DNA of 64,000 nt, taken from IMG/VR virus record IMGVR_UViG_3300046468_001139; one strand, given 5' to 3'. This DNA is from a virus. A program made the position numbers and the translations under genes. The notes beneath the pieces were generated by a model. That model saw only the letters and a list, made by a program, of their open reading frames with translations, was not told the DNA's origin and ran no database searches. This document shows, one piece after another, positions 18,858 to 28,285 of this stretch (the stretch's first letter is position 1; each line of letters begins with the position of its first letter).

Positions 18858-20026
18858 CGTGTGTTTCCATAATGGAATACTTCTAACTTTTTAGACTCGA
18901 ACTCTCTCCAAGGATCAACTACAACACTTCCTTCACTAAGATAACAGTAAAGAGTTGGATGTGCTAATAATGCTACGGCTGTAAAAGGACCACGTTGTGG
19001 ACTAGCCATTGGATCAACTTCAATACAATGATAGCCTGCTTCTTTACAATAATGTCCTACTAACAAACTATAACTTCCGTCAGTATATGGTACTCCTGGT
19101 TTATATGCAATGCCATTTAACAAAATAGGTAAAGATCGCTCCTCAGCAATCTTAATCAAATAATTTGCCATATTTTTAGCCTGCACTTCTCTTGCATTCA
19201 TTATAGCATCAAATATGTCATATTGCAACCCCAAATTTTGAGCCATGTAGCGTAGAGCTATATTATCTCTTGGATGACATGCTCCACCGTCGCCCATTCC
19301 TGCTTTCATATAACTTGGACCCATAATACGCTGATCACTTTTGGCAAGTGCATTAGTTACTACATCAACATTAATGTGTCCTTGCTTTTCTGCAACATCT
19401 TGTATCATATTAACTAATCCAATTTTTGCACTAATAAATGTATTGTAAAATACTTTGATACATTCGCACTCGTCCCACGTACCAATTTCATAACGTGGAT
19501 CGTTTTCCATTATAGTTTTGTAAAAGTCTACTAATTCTTTTGCATCACCTGTAGTACTTCCATCGTCTGTACCAATCATAATCATTTCAGGATTAACCAT
19601 ATCCCAAGCTACTGTACCCATAGCAATCAAATAAGGATTATAAACAAATCTAGTATTAGTTACTAGTGGTGCAAATTCTCTACGTACTGTGCCTGGTAAT
19701 ACTGTACTAATTAATACAAGTAATTGATCTTTATTCATATGCATGTTTGCTTCACGTATGCAATCAATTACAATGTCGTATCCAAAGTCTTTAGGTTCTA
19801 AATGAGCCGTAGGTGCTTTGCCATCATAGTCTGGATGATGTGGAGTAGGTACTGCAATGAATACAATATTTCTATCCTTAACAGCCTCTTTGATACTAGA
19901 ACAAACTGTTACTTTGTCGCTCTTAACATTAGCAACATCATACCCTGTTACATCATTCCCCTTTTCGGCAATAACTTCTGCACAAGGTAACCCAAGTTTT
20001 CCTATACCAATAAATCCAATCTTCAC
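18854..20026 (-). CDS. ugd: UDP-glucose/GDP-mannose dehydrogenase family protein
   Basis: IGIGKLG Rossmann motif; FIAVPTP; STVLPGT; YNP; KVFYNTF; GDGGACHPRD catalytic Cys; GIAYKP. Likely GTG start at 20026 after GGAGA. Confidence 0.9.
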   Translation of the reverse strand: MKIGFIGIGKLGLPCAEVIAEKGNDVTGYDVANVKSDKVTVCSSIKEAVKDRNIVFIAVPTPHHPDYDGKAPTAHLEPKDFGYDIVIDCIREANMHMNKDQLLVLISTVLPGTVRREFAPLVTNTRFVYNPYLIAMGTVAWDMVNPEMIMIGTDDGSTTGDAKELVDFYKTIMENDPRYEIGTWDECECIKVFYNTFISAKIGLVNMIQDVAEKQGHINVDVVTNALAKSDQRIMGPSYMKAGMGDGGACHPRDNIALRYMAQNLGLQYDIFDAIMNAREVQAKNMANYLIKIAEERSLPILLNGIAYKPGVPYTDGSYSLLVGHYCKEAGYHCIEVDPMASPQRGPFTAVALLAHPTLYCYLSEGSVVVDPWREFESKKLEVFHYGNTR

Positions 20027-20054
20027 TATGATCTCCAATCATTATATACGTACA

Positions 20055-20072
20055 TAAATATAGTAGTATTTA
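20055..20072. promoter_or_regulatory. Pair of oppositely oriented TAAATA late-promoter-like motifs between divergent genes
   Basis: TAAATA on + at 20055-20060 and on - at 20067-20072, in the gap between ugd (-) and the gene at 20088 (+). Confidence 0.5.
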
Positions 20073-20087
20073 TGGAAAGTTAAACAC

Positions 20088-21374
20088 ATGAAGTTGATTC
20101 AAGACTCTATTGCAAAGAATGATTATGTAGCTCGACCGCACACTACGCAGTCTATTGAGAAATTAAAAGAAGCTATTAGTGCCGGAAAACACAAGTTAAT
20201 TGACGCAAGTGCAATACATTGTTTAATTCAATATCCTGATTGGCATACTGATCTTAACTTGTTTAGATTTGTAAAACCCAAAGCATTAAAACAATTAAAA
20301 AACGATCCAAAGTGTTTTTTCCTTTTTGATACAAGTACAGAAGGCTTTAGTACAATACACGATGTTCCATACTTTGATGTTTTATATTATAGTTGCGAAC
20401 AAGCAGGTGTTGATCCTGAAAAAGTTATATTTTTTAGTTCTAACATGTATGACGAAAGTAACATTGTACGTTTTAATATGGAACACAATAAACAAAAATC
20501 TATTAAGGTTGTTACGTTTAATAACTTTGAATCAATGCTGTTTGGTATAGCCGGTGCTGAAAGTATTGGCGATAGTGTACGACAACAGATTGACGGCGAG
20601 ACTTGTGACCAGTATGTTGAAAGACGCATGAAACAAGAAAAACAAGAAGTTGCACAACGCTATAAGGGTAAAATATTTTTAAGTTTAAGTCGTGTTAATA
20701 GACCGCACCGTACATTGAGTGCTTACGAAATTTTTCATAGTGATTTATACTATCACGGATTAGTAAGTCATGATTTGTTTAAAAAGAAAACATTAAAACA
20801 TTGGCATAGTTATCAAATGCCAACTGGTTGTAATATATCAGGAAGTGATATTAAAAAGTGGCAGAAGAACGTCCTTCCGCTTACAATCGATACTGATGAC
20901 TTTATAACTAATCATGCTATGAGTCTAAGTAGTTACTTGCACCAACAAACATTATTTCAAATAGTAAACGAAACGTTTGCAGAAAATTGGCAAGGTACTA
21001 GTTTGTTCTGGAGTGAAAAAACTTTTAGAAGTATATATCACTTACAACCTTTCTTAATATTTGGACAACGCCATGCTAATCTAAAACTACAAGATTACGG
21101 CTATAAGATCTTTGATAACAACTTTGATTATAGCTTTGACGAAGAACACGATACATATAAACGTTGGTCTAAACTTAGAGTAGAAGTTGAAAAACATGTA
21201 AATAGAATATCAGCTTTGCCTATTACTAAACAGATTGACTGGCGTTGGAGACAAGCTGATCTACTAGCACACAACTTAAAAAATATGGTAGACGAGAATC
21301 ATACTAAGAGTCAAATGACCGGCTTAGTTAAATACATGGTAGAGAAAATAAATGAGCAAGAAACTAATACATAA
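20088..21374 (+). CDS. Putative glycosyltransferase (GT10/fucosyltransferase-like C-terminal motif)
   Basis: FLSLSRVNRPHR...IVNET...FWSEKTFRSI...PFLIFG resembles the GT10 'EN...Y.TEK...P..G' signature. Confidence 0.45.
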   Translation: MKLIQDSIAKNDYVARPHTTQSIEKLKEAISAGKHKLIDASAIHCLIQYPDWHTDLNLFRFVKPKALKQLKNDPKCFFLFDTSTEGFSTIHDVPYFDVLYYSCEQAGVDPEKVIFFSSNMYDESNIVRFNMEHNKQKSIKVVTFNNFESMLFGIAGAESIGDSVRQQIDGETCDQYVERRMKQEKQEVAQRYKGKIFLSLSRVNRPHRTLSAYEIFHSDLYYHGLVSHDLFKKKTLKHWHSYQMPTGCNISGSDIKKWQKNVLPLTIDTDDFITNHAMSLSSYLHQQTLFQIVNETFAENWQGTSLFWSEKTFRSIYHLQPFLIFGQRHANLKLQDYGYKIFDNNFDYSFDEEHDTYKRWSKLRVEVEKHVNRISALPITKQIDWRWRQADLLAHNLKNMVDENHTKSQMTGLVKYMVEKINEQETNT

Positions 21375-22224
21375 TACTCCAAAGAGAATTTTTACCTTTG
21401 GTTGTAGCTTTACAGGTTATCAATGGGGTACATGGGCTAATATTATAGGTGTAGAATTTCCCGAAGCAGAGTTTAGAAACTTTGGTCGTAGTGGTGCAGG
21501 TAATCAGTATATACACAACATGATTATGCAGGCTGATAATGTATACAACTTTACACACGAGGATCTAGTTATTGTACAATGGACTAATGTATGTAGAGAA
21601 GATAGATATCTACCTGAAAAAGACGGATGGCTAGTACCTGGTAATATATTTTCACAAGGTGACTATAATCAAAACTTTATTGAAAACTACTTTAGCGAGT
21701 TTGGATCGTATGTTAGAGACTTTGCACTAATTAAAAGTGCCCACCAATTACTTAAACATCGTTGCAATCATCATATGATTAAGATGTTAGATTTTGAATA
21801 TTCAAATCAATGGGACTTAAAACCAAACCCAGACTTAGATTTACAAACACTTACACATATGTATGAAGAAAGTATAGATCAAATACTACCTAGCTTTTAT
21901 GCTACGCTGTGGAATAATAACTTAGAAGCTAAAATATCAAAAGATAAAAAAATTGTACATAAACTTTTCCATGACGGACATCCTACTCCACTTGAACACT
22001 ACGACTACTTAAAGAACGTATTCAAACATGACTGGAGTGATAAAACTGACAAAGTAGTAGGTGCTACACAAAAGAAATGGGTTAAGTTAATGACAAGTGC
22101 ATGTTTAGGTCAACCTGGACAGGGCTTTAGCTTGTATGAAATGAAACAGCGTTGGTTGGATATGTTAAAGTACGAAACTATTATGCGTCCTAATACGCAA
22201 ATTAATCCGTTAATACGTCAATAA
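21352..22224 (+). CDS. SGNH-fold protein (GCS variant)
   Basis: FTFGCSFT, NFGRSGAGN, VIVQWT, DGHP. Confidence 0.6.
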   Translation: MSKKLIHNTPKRIFTFGCSFTGYQWGTWANIIGVEFPEAEFRNFGRSGAGNQYIHNMIMQADNVYNFTHEDLVIVQWTNVCREDRYLPEKDGWLVPGNIFSQGDYNQNFIENYFSEFGSYVRDFALIKSAHQLLKHRCNHHMIKMLDFEYSNQWDLKPNPDLDLQTLTHMYEESIDQILPSFYATLWNNNLEAKISKDKKIVHKLFHDGHPTPLEHYDYLKNVFKHDWSDKTDKVVGATQKKWVKLMTSACLGQPGQGFSLYEMKQRWLDMLKYETIMRPNTQINPLIRQ

Positions 22225-23395
22225 GTTCTGGAAACGTTTCGTCAAAAGAACGATTACGTATTTTATCAAAATACATATTTTTAGATTTAAACAAATCATT
22301 TGCACTTTGGTCAAACGTTGACTTTTGCAAGTAATCAATAACACCATTTACATATCTTAAATGTTCTGTATGCGTTACTGTATTTGCGTATGCTTGTAAC
22401 TTATCTATTGCTGTGTGTCTTTGTTCATCTGTTAGTGCATTAAAACTATAATGATTAGGTTCAACAATATTGTAAAGCGTACTATTGTTTACATCAAATC
22501 CTTTACCAGACATGTATTCTAAAAAGTCTACAAGTGTTAGTACATTAAATGCACTTACTACACAATTAAAACTAATAATTACATGCGGACTTTCTTCTTT
22601 AATAATTTTTAAGTTCTGTTCTATAGTTGGCCAGTCAGTACCTTCTCTAATATACTCACCTCTGTTTCCATAGCCGTCAATACTTGCACGTACTTCAACG
22701 TGTTTAAAATTATTCCAATACTCTGTAATACTTTTCTTCTTAAAAAATAAATTACTTAAATTACTATTATATTGCAGTACAGCATCAGTCTTTTTATTTT
22801 CAATCAAATAATCTAAAATATCATAATGCTTATCTGTAATAAGAGGCTCACCTCCTGCAAAATAATAATCTTGAATGCCTTTGAGGTATGGCTTAAACTG
22901 TTCAAAAAGGTTATCGTTGTTGTCGCCACCTGCAAAAATGTATACAGGTTTATTTTCACCTTGCTTGTTATCTTCTACAGCCCATGTAGAACTGTAAGTA
23001 CTACTACAGGTTCTGCATTTAAAATTACAAATATTACTCCAACGCACATCAAAGTATAACAACTTCATTATATCTAACGAACCGTCAAAATTGGTTTCGT
23101 CTTTTATACTAATATGTTGTGCAAATCTATTATTTTGTGCAATTCTATTGCTTTCTAAACCTGCTTCTTCGTGCTTCCAACATTGTGTACACGCACTAGG
23201 CTTTTCGTTGTTTAATAATGCAAGTCTTAATTTTTTATATTCCTCACTATTCCATATTTCTTCAATAGTGTTGTTACGTGTGTTGCCAAGAGGTTGTCGC
23301 CAATCGCCTATACAACAAGGAAGTACGTTGCCGTCTGGATTAGCATAGAAATGAATCCAAGGAAGTATGCAAAATGTATTACTTTCCGCAGTCAT
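22202..23395 (-). CDS. Radical SAM protein with N-terminal SPASM-like domain
   Basis: FCILPWIH...GNVLPCC...IWNS...CTQC; CNFKCRTC; AGGEP; NSNL. Confidence 0.9.
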   Translation of the reverse strand: MTAESNTFCILPWIHFYANPDGNVLPCCIGDWRQPLGNTRNNTIEEIWNSEEYKKLRLALLNNEKPSACTQCWKHEEAGLESNRIAQNNRFAQHISIKDETNFDGSLDIMKLLYFDVRWSNICNFKCRTCSSTYSSTWAVEDNKQGENKPVYIFAGGDNNDNLFEQFKPYLKGIQDYYFAGGEPLITDKHYDILDYLIENKKTDAVLQYNSNLSNLFFKKKSITEYWNNFKHVEVRASIDGYGNRGEYIREGTDWPTIEQNLKIIKEESPHVIISFNCVVSAFNVLTLVDFLEYMSGKGFDVNNSTLYNIVEPNHYSFNALTDEQRHTAIDKLQAYANTVTHTEHLRYVNGVIDYLQKSTFDQSANDLFKSKNMYFDKIRNRSFDETFPELIDVLTD

Positions 23396-24752
23396 TATAA
23401 AAGCCTTCTAGTTCTGGAAAAGTTTCTACCAAGTTACAGTTACGTCTACGATCAAATTCTTTGAACCAGTTATGAAAATCTCTACGTGCTTGTTCTAGTT
23501 TACGTGGTTCATAATGTGTTGTACGCATATACTCTACTACACGCTTAAACTTTTCATATTCTAATCCTGTAAACTTAGTACGGTCGTTATCGTCTTGGTT
23601 GTCTTTAATAAATTGTAAATGTTTTTCCATATACGGCATGAATTCTTCTTTAGGTAAAATGTTCATGTCATATATGCTTGGTTCTTTTAAATGAGGTGTG
23701 TCAAATCTAACACGTTGCCATTGTGTAGCATTGTCATCACTATTGTATTTTGTACGCCACTCTAGTATTTTTTCTAATAGTTGCGTAAAACTAGTTACAC
23801 CAAATATATTAAATGTAATCATAAACGTTACAGGCCAGTTTGTATTGCTTAGATAATAATCTAAGTTTTGTTCCCATAACTTAATGTCTAAACCAGTACG
23901 TGCATATTCTGCTCTTGGTCCCCAAGTATCAATACTAGTGTACAATTTAAAACTTTTAATCTTACCTTCTGCTTTTAAACGCTTAACTGTTTCAGTTAGC
24001 TTTTCAACTAGCTTAGGCTTAACACCCATGTTGCTGTTTACTTCAATTTGTATATGTGGCTTAGGATCGTTGTCTAACTTTTCTAACAGTTTCCAAAAAC
24101 TTTTATGCATTAACGGCTCACCACCTGTAATACGCAAAATGTTTAGTGTCTTACTAAGTTCAGGCCACCATTCCCAGAACGCTTTTACGTATGGATTAGT
24201 ATCTTCGTCTTTTTGTACTTCAAACCAATCAATGTCTTGCCTATGTGTGCTTGACATGTCGTATGGTCCATGTTGTTTTATTTCGTTCCAGTACCTACTA
24301 GAGGCTTTAGGATGACAGTATCCACACTTGAAATTACATTCATTACTAAAACTAATTTCAATATACTCAGGATTTACGTTAAAATCCGCCCCTTTTTGTT
24401 TTATTTCCGCTACTCTTTCAGGTGTGTATATACTTGCAGTTTTAATATGTCTATCACTTATAAAGTCTTTGCCCATTGCTTCAATTTTCCAACAGTAACT
24501 ACAACCGTCTGGTTTATCTCCACATAGCATTTGTTTACGTTGTTCTTTTTTCTCAATAGTATTATGTAACGCACTAGGATTGCCTTCTAATTCTTCTAAA
24601 GGAATTTTATGCGGAGCAGGATGGTAACAACTATGCGTTTCTCCTGTTGCAAGATAGATAGTTGTGTGATGCCATTTTGCTAAACAGAATGTTGGAGAGG
24701 TTTCACTCTCAATTTTAGGCATTACTGACTTAATTTTTTCTAATTCATTCAT
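23379..24752 (-). CDS. Radical SAM protein with N-terminal Cys/His-rich domain
   Basis: FCLAKWHH...GETHSCYH...CSYCW; CNFKCGYC; TGGEP; NSNM. Confidence 0.88.
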   Translation of the reverse strand: MNELEKIKSVMPKIESETSPTFCLAKWHHTTIYLATGETHSCYHPAPHKIPLEELEGNPSALHNTIEKKEQRKQMLCGDKPDGCSYCWKIEAMGKDFISDRHIKTASIYTPERVAEIKQKGADFNVNPEYIEISFSNECNFKCGYCHPKASSRYWNEIKQHGPYDMSSTHRQDIDWFEVQKDEDTNPYVKAFWEWWPELSKTLNILRITGGEPLMHKSFWKLLEKLDNDPKPHIQIEVNSNMGVKPKLVEKLTETVKRLKAEGKIKSFKLYTSIDTWGPRAEYARTGLDIKLWEQNLDYYLSNTNWPVTFMITFNIFGVTSFTQLLEKILEWRTKYNSDDNATQWQRVRFDTPHLKEPSIYDMNILPKEEFMPYMEKHLQFIKDNQDDNDRTKFTGLEYEKFKRVVEYMRTTHYEPRKLEQARRDFHNWFKEFDRRRNCNLVETFPELEGFYNDCGK

Positions 24753-25633
24753 TTACGAATAACTCTGTCCGTGTTAATATATACTTGTTTGAAAAAATGA
24801 CTTTGTTCATCGTCAAAAGGTGTAGACGAGAGAGGTAATCCGCACTCGCTACTAAGACGTTGACCTAATTCTTTACTGTATGCTAACGGATCTTTATTTT
24901 TTGTTTCTTCCCACAGTTTATTAAGATATACAAAGTCTCTTGTTTGTACAAAGTCCCAATCTGTACACATTGTCATGTAACAACCTTGTCTTGCTCCCAT
25001 TACACTCCATATGCCATTGTCTACATCAGCACCAACTTGCATCCATATTAACAAACGTTGATAATTTTGCCACCAAGTATCGTTTGCAAGGTCTTTAACT
25101 TTAGCACCTCTGTTCAAACTCATCTTGACTCCTTCACGGAACCCTGCTCTCCATGCTTGATGTGGAGTTGCATTTATAAGACTTGTACTATAGTTGTCAT
25201 TTAATTGATAGTAATTATCAAAGTAACAAAATTCAATACTAGTATCATCTTCACCGTCTGTGTTTTCATGCGTTTGCATATTTTTTACAAAGTCTTTAGT
25301 CCACATTTTTAAACTGCCATTACCATATTTTAGTCCGTTAACATTAATATGTCCGCACCAACTAAATTGATAATCATCGTCAACTTTTAATTCGTCTAAG
25401 TCTAATACTACGTTTAAAAACTCTGGGTCAATAATTGTATCGCCATCTACTGTAACAAAGTGTTTAGTTTCGCTTAATTCAGCACAGGCTTTGTGTGCCG
25501 CATCTGATCCTTCTACACCGTGTACACGCTTTGCCCACGGAACTTTGTTAACTAAATCAACAAAATTCTTTTCACAATTAGGTTCGTCATAAGATAGAAA
25601 TATAATATCCTGCTCTGCGATGTTTATTTTCAT
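24749..25633 (-). CDS. Putative GT-A fold glycosyltransferase
   Basis: DIIFLSYDEP...AKRVHGVEGSDAAH...FVTVDGD; AWRAGFREG shared with 17285..17956. Confidence 0.6.
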   Translation of the reverse strand: MKINIAEQDIIFLSYDEPNCEKNFVDLVNKVPWAKRVHGVEGSDAAHKACAELSETKHFVTVDGDTIIDPEFLNVVLDLDELKVDDDYQFSWCGHINVNGLKYGNGSLKMWTKDFVKNMQTHENTDGEDDTSIEFCYFDNYYQLNDNYSTSLINATPHQAWRAGFREGVKMSLNRGAKVKDLANDTWWQNYQRLLIWMQVGADVDNGIWSVMGARQGCYMTMCTDWDFVQTRDFVYLNKLWEETKNKDPLAYSKELGQRLSSECGLPLSSTPFDDEQSHFFKQVYINTDRVIRK

Positions 25634-26220
25634 TTGATTACCTCGTACATATATCTATCAAAGTTTTTAATTGTATATACGCTAACTGGTTTTGCACTAA
25701 ACTCAAAATCACTATCAAAAGGCAGTACTACGTATTTTACGTCTGATAAATCAGCAAAACTAAAACTTAATGTTTTTAATAATATATTTGGATCGTCTTT
25801 TTCTGTAATACTAAATGTTATTGTATTTTTAAAGTTAACTTTCTGTGCTAAAATGTTTGCTTTTAAATCTCCACCAATAGTAATTTTCCAACATGTATCT
25901 TTAATATTTTGTAATACATGGATATCAGGTGCTTCAGATGATACACTTGGTAATTGGTATATTAAATCATCTACTAGATAACTGTCAATACTAGTATTAG
26001 AACGTTGTCTAAGTTCATATTGTTTAGTACGTTTAATATAATGTACATAATAATAGCTAAGAGGTTCTTCGCCTGAAATCATACCTTTAACTTCATGCTC
26101 CTCTACAGGAATATAACTTCCATCTTTAGGTTTATAGTTAGGTACTGAAATAACATCTCCGTTAGTAGGATCAAATACTACATACCTTTCTTGTTTAGGT
26201 AACTCTACACTTAATTTCAT
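25630..26220 (-). CDS. Hypothetical protein
   Basis: 196-aa ORF with overlapping start/stop coupling on both sides. Confidence 0.6.
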   Translation of the reverse strand: MKLSVELPKQERYVVFDPTNGDVISVPNYKPKDGSYIPVEEHEVKGMISGEEPLSYYYVHYIKRTKQYELRQRSNTSIDSYLVDDLIYQLPSVSSEAPDIHVLQNIKDTCWKITIGGDLKANILAQKVNFKNTITFSITEKDDPNILLKTLSFSFADLSDVKYVVLPFDSDFEFSAKPVSVYTIKNFDRYMYEVIK

Positions 26221-27050
26221 ATGTTAAGATACCTTTCGTACTTTTGTATTTTAGATTCATCTAAAAATTCTTTCTCAGTATAGTGGAAAATACCTTGCTG
26301 TTGATGATTACCTATTTTTAATTTTAAGTCATCAGTTAGATATGCACCTACTCTACTACGCCATGTTTCACTAGGATTATACCAACCTTGAATTCTAGGC
26401 TTCATATGTGTAAAACTAGGAAATGTTACTTTCTTGTTTGTAATTTGATCTTCACAATCTAGTATCTTTGTAACGATTGCTGTACTTGTGTCAACACTTA
26501 AAAAGTTTTGATACTCTTTACTTGCATAGTGACCGTAAAAGAACTGCCAGTTGTTCATTACAAGCTCTAACCATGAATAAAAGTCTTTAGCAAAGTCACA
26601 TTTTTTAAAGTAATGAAAGCCTGCATACACATTTGGCAAGTTATTTGCAATATATGTTTTACGATAGTAAGTATCATTTACTACTTCGCCTCTATATGTG
26701 TATACTTTGCTAGTATAGAACACTTCATAGTTGCTTAAAAAGTTCCACCATGAGTCTATGTTTTGTAATACAAGCATATCTGTGTCCATTACAATAGTTT
26801 CATCATACGGACTAGCATGATATAACTTCCAACGGTTAGCTACCTTCCATTCCATGTTAGCGGAATCGTCTTCCCACGGTATTTCTTTGATAACATCGAA
26901 CAGATCTACATACCTAGATGGCACTTTATCGTTGGTTAACAAACAAACTTTAGTGTCATTAGTAGCTCTAATACTCATAGCTAACGCACACGCTTGTTCT
27001 ACGTAGTCATATTCGCTGTTTTGTGCTATTAAAACTATACCTTTAGTCAT
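26217..27050 (-). CDS. Nucleotide-diphospho-sugar transferase (GT8-like)
   Basis: ACALAMSI...VCLLT...FDVI...SPYDETIVMDTD (DxD)...YAGFHYFKK...FHY. Confidence 0.7.
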   Translation of the reverse strand: MTKGIVLIAQNSEYDYVEQACALAMSIRATNDTKVCLLTNDKVPSRYVDLFDVIKEIPWEDDSANMEWKVANRWKLYHASPYDETIVMDTDMLVLQNIDSWWNFLSNYEVFYTSKVYTYRGEVVNDTYYRKTYIANNLPNVYAGFHYFKKCDFAKDFYSWLELVMNNWQFFYGHYASKEYQNFLSVDTSTAIVTKILDCEDQITNKKVTFPSFTHMKPRIQGWYNPSETWRSRVGAYLTDDLKLKIGNHQQQGIFHYTEKEFLDESKIQKYERYLNI

Positions 27051-27891
27051 TATCTATGATCCTATTCAAACTAAACTTGTTCATAACGTGAACACTACTA
27101 CCTTTAATACGCAAAGGTGTGTATTCTCCAAGGTGTCCTTCTTTTTCTACTAAAAATAAAAAGTTGTCATCATTTAATTCCCACAATATATCTCTATCTG
27201 CTGTGTAATATTTTTTACCTGGTAAAGAACTTGCAAAACTACCTGTTTGATATCCGTTCATAATATGTATTGCAATACTAAACACCCAATCATTACGAAA
27301 CGATGATTTGTTAATTTGAAAAATACTGTTATAGTGTTGCCAGTTATCTTGTATGTGTTGTGTTAAGTTAAAAAATGTTTCTACTTCTTTACTTTTCTTA
27401 AAGTATACAACAGTTGCCCAGTAAAAGTCTACACTAGTTTCACTAATTCTTTGAAACTCTGTAGTATCTCTAAATCCTGTTAGGTCTTTTGCGTCTTTAT
27501 ATATTAGGAAATTGTGTTCTTGTGTAAAACAATTTTTAAGTACATCATTTGCAATGATATAATCACTATCTAACATTATTGTTTCGTCATAAGGTGTTAG
27601 TTCATATGCTTGTGTACGCAAGTCATTCTTAAAAGCAAGTTGTTTGTAAACACCCGAACCGTCATAATAACGTTTTTCACTTGCCGCTCTAGTATTTGGT
27701 ACTTCAATGACCTTATCAAATACTGTTTCGTAGTCTGTGTATGTTGCTTTTAAGTAATCAAGACTGTCTGTTACAACAGTTGTTGGTAATCCAAGATATT
27801 TTTTAATACGCTTTGCTAGATAATGTGCTTGTTTACAATAATCTACTTCTAAGTTATTTCTAGCAAATATTAATGCACCTCTATTCTTCAT
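27043..27891 (-). CDS. Nucleotide-diphospho-sugar transferase (GT8-like)
   Basis: TTVVTD...FDKVI...TPYDETIMLDSD...WATVVYFKK...RND...HVMNK; paralog of the downstream gene. Confidence 0.7.
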   Translation of the reverse strand: MKNRGALIFARNNLEVDYCKQAHYLAKRIKKYLGLPTTVVTDSLDYLKATYTDYETVFDKVIEVPNTRAASEKRYYDGSGVYKQLAFKNDLRTQAYELTPYDETIMLDSDYIIANDVLKNCFTQEHNFLIYKDAKDLTGFRDTTEFQRISETSVDFYWATVVYFKKSKEVETFFNLTQHIQDNWQHYNSIFQINKSSFRNDWVFSIAIHIMNGYQTGSFASSLPGKKYYTADRDILWELNDDNFLFLVEKEGHLGEYTPLRIKGSSVHVMNKFSLNRIIDND

Positions 27892-28234
27892 ATTCTACAA
27901 GTCCGGAAACCTTTCGCAGGCTCCTTATCTTTTCGTACTCTGTAAGATACTCGTTTGATGCTGTAAAATAAATGTCTAAAATATCACTTAGGAATGTTTC
28001 AATGTCAGCAACTTTTACTGGAATATCATTGTCGTCAATTAGCACTACAGACTCTTGTCCTGTGCTTACTAACATATTACAAAAATTCATTAGGTCTTTG
28101 TTTACTGAGAATTGACCACCATTGTGGTAATGGATTGCACTTTCGTAAAACTTTTCTTTTAAGACTCTTTTTTGGTTGTTAAGAGTAGTCATGTAATTGG
28201 CAAATTCTAATGCCTTTTCAAGACGTTCATCCAT
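27881..28234 (-). CDS. Hypothetical protein (117 aa)
   Basis: Strong RBS AAGGAG; first gene of the minus-strand GT/radical SAM run. Confidence 0.65.
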   Translation of the reverse strand: MDERLEKALEFANYMTTLNNQKRVLKEKFYESAIHYHNGGQFSVNKDLMNFCNMLVSTGQESVVLIDDNDIPVKVADIETFLSDILDIYFTASNEYLTEYEKIRSLRKVSGLVEYEE

Positions 28235-28253
28235 ACTAATTCTCCTTTAGTGT

Positions 28254-28282
28254 ATTATACACTATTTAAGGAAGAAAAGCAA
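28254..28282 (-). promoter_or_regulatory. Sigma70-type promoter TTGCTT-N17-TATAAT with a nested TAAATA late motif
   Basis: -35 at 28282-28277, -10 at 28259-28254, TAAATA at 28268-28263. A 7-bp inverted repeat, TAGTGTA-tta-TACACTA (28248-28264), covers the -10. Confidence 0.55.
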
Positions 28283-28285
28283 GTC

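Noticed and set aside
5484-24752. RiPP biosynthetic cluster reading of the radical SAM/SPASM genes
   Set aside because: No convincing precursor peptide, RRE/PqqD domain, peptidase or exporter is visible, and the glycosyltransferase context argues otherwise. Not fully excluded.
1-28234. Known DNA hypermodification or 7-deazaguanine pathway (queE/queC/folE, dNMP hydroxymethylase)
   Set aside because: None of the signature partner genes is recognisable in the window, and the radical SAMs carry extra Cys domains unlike QueE. A novel DNA modification remains possible.
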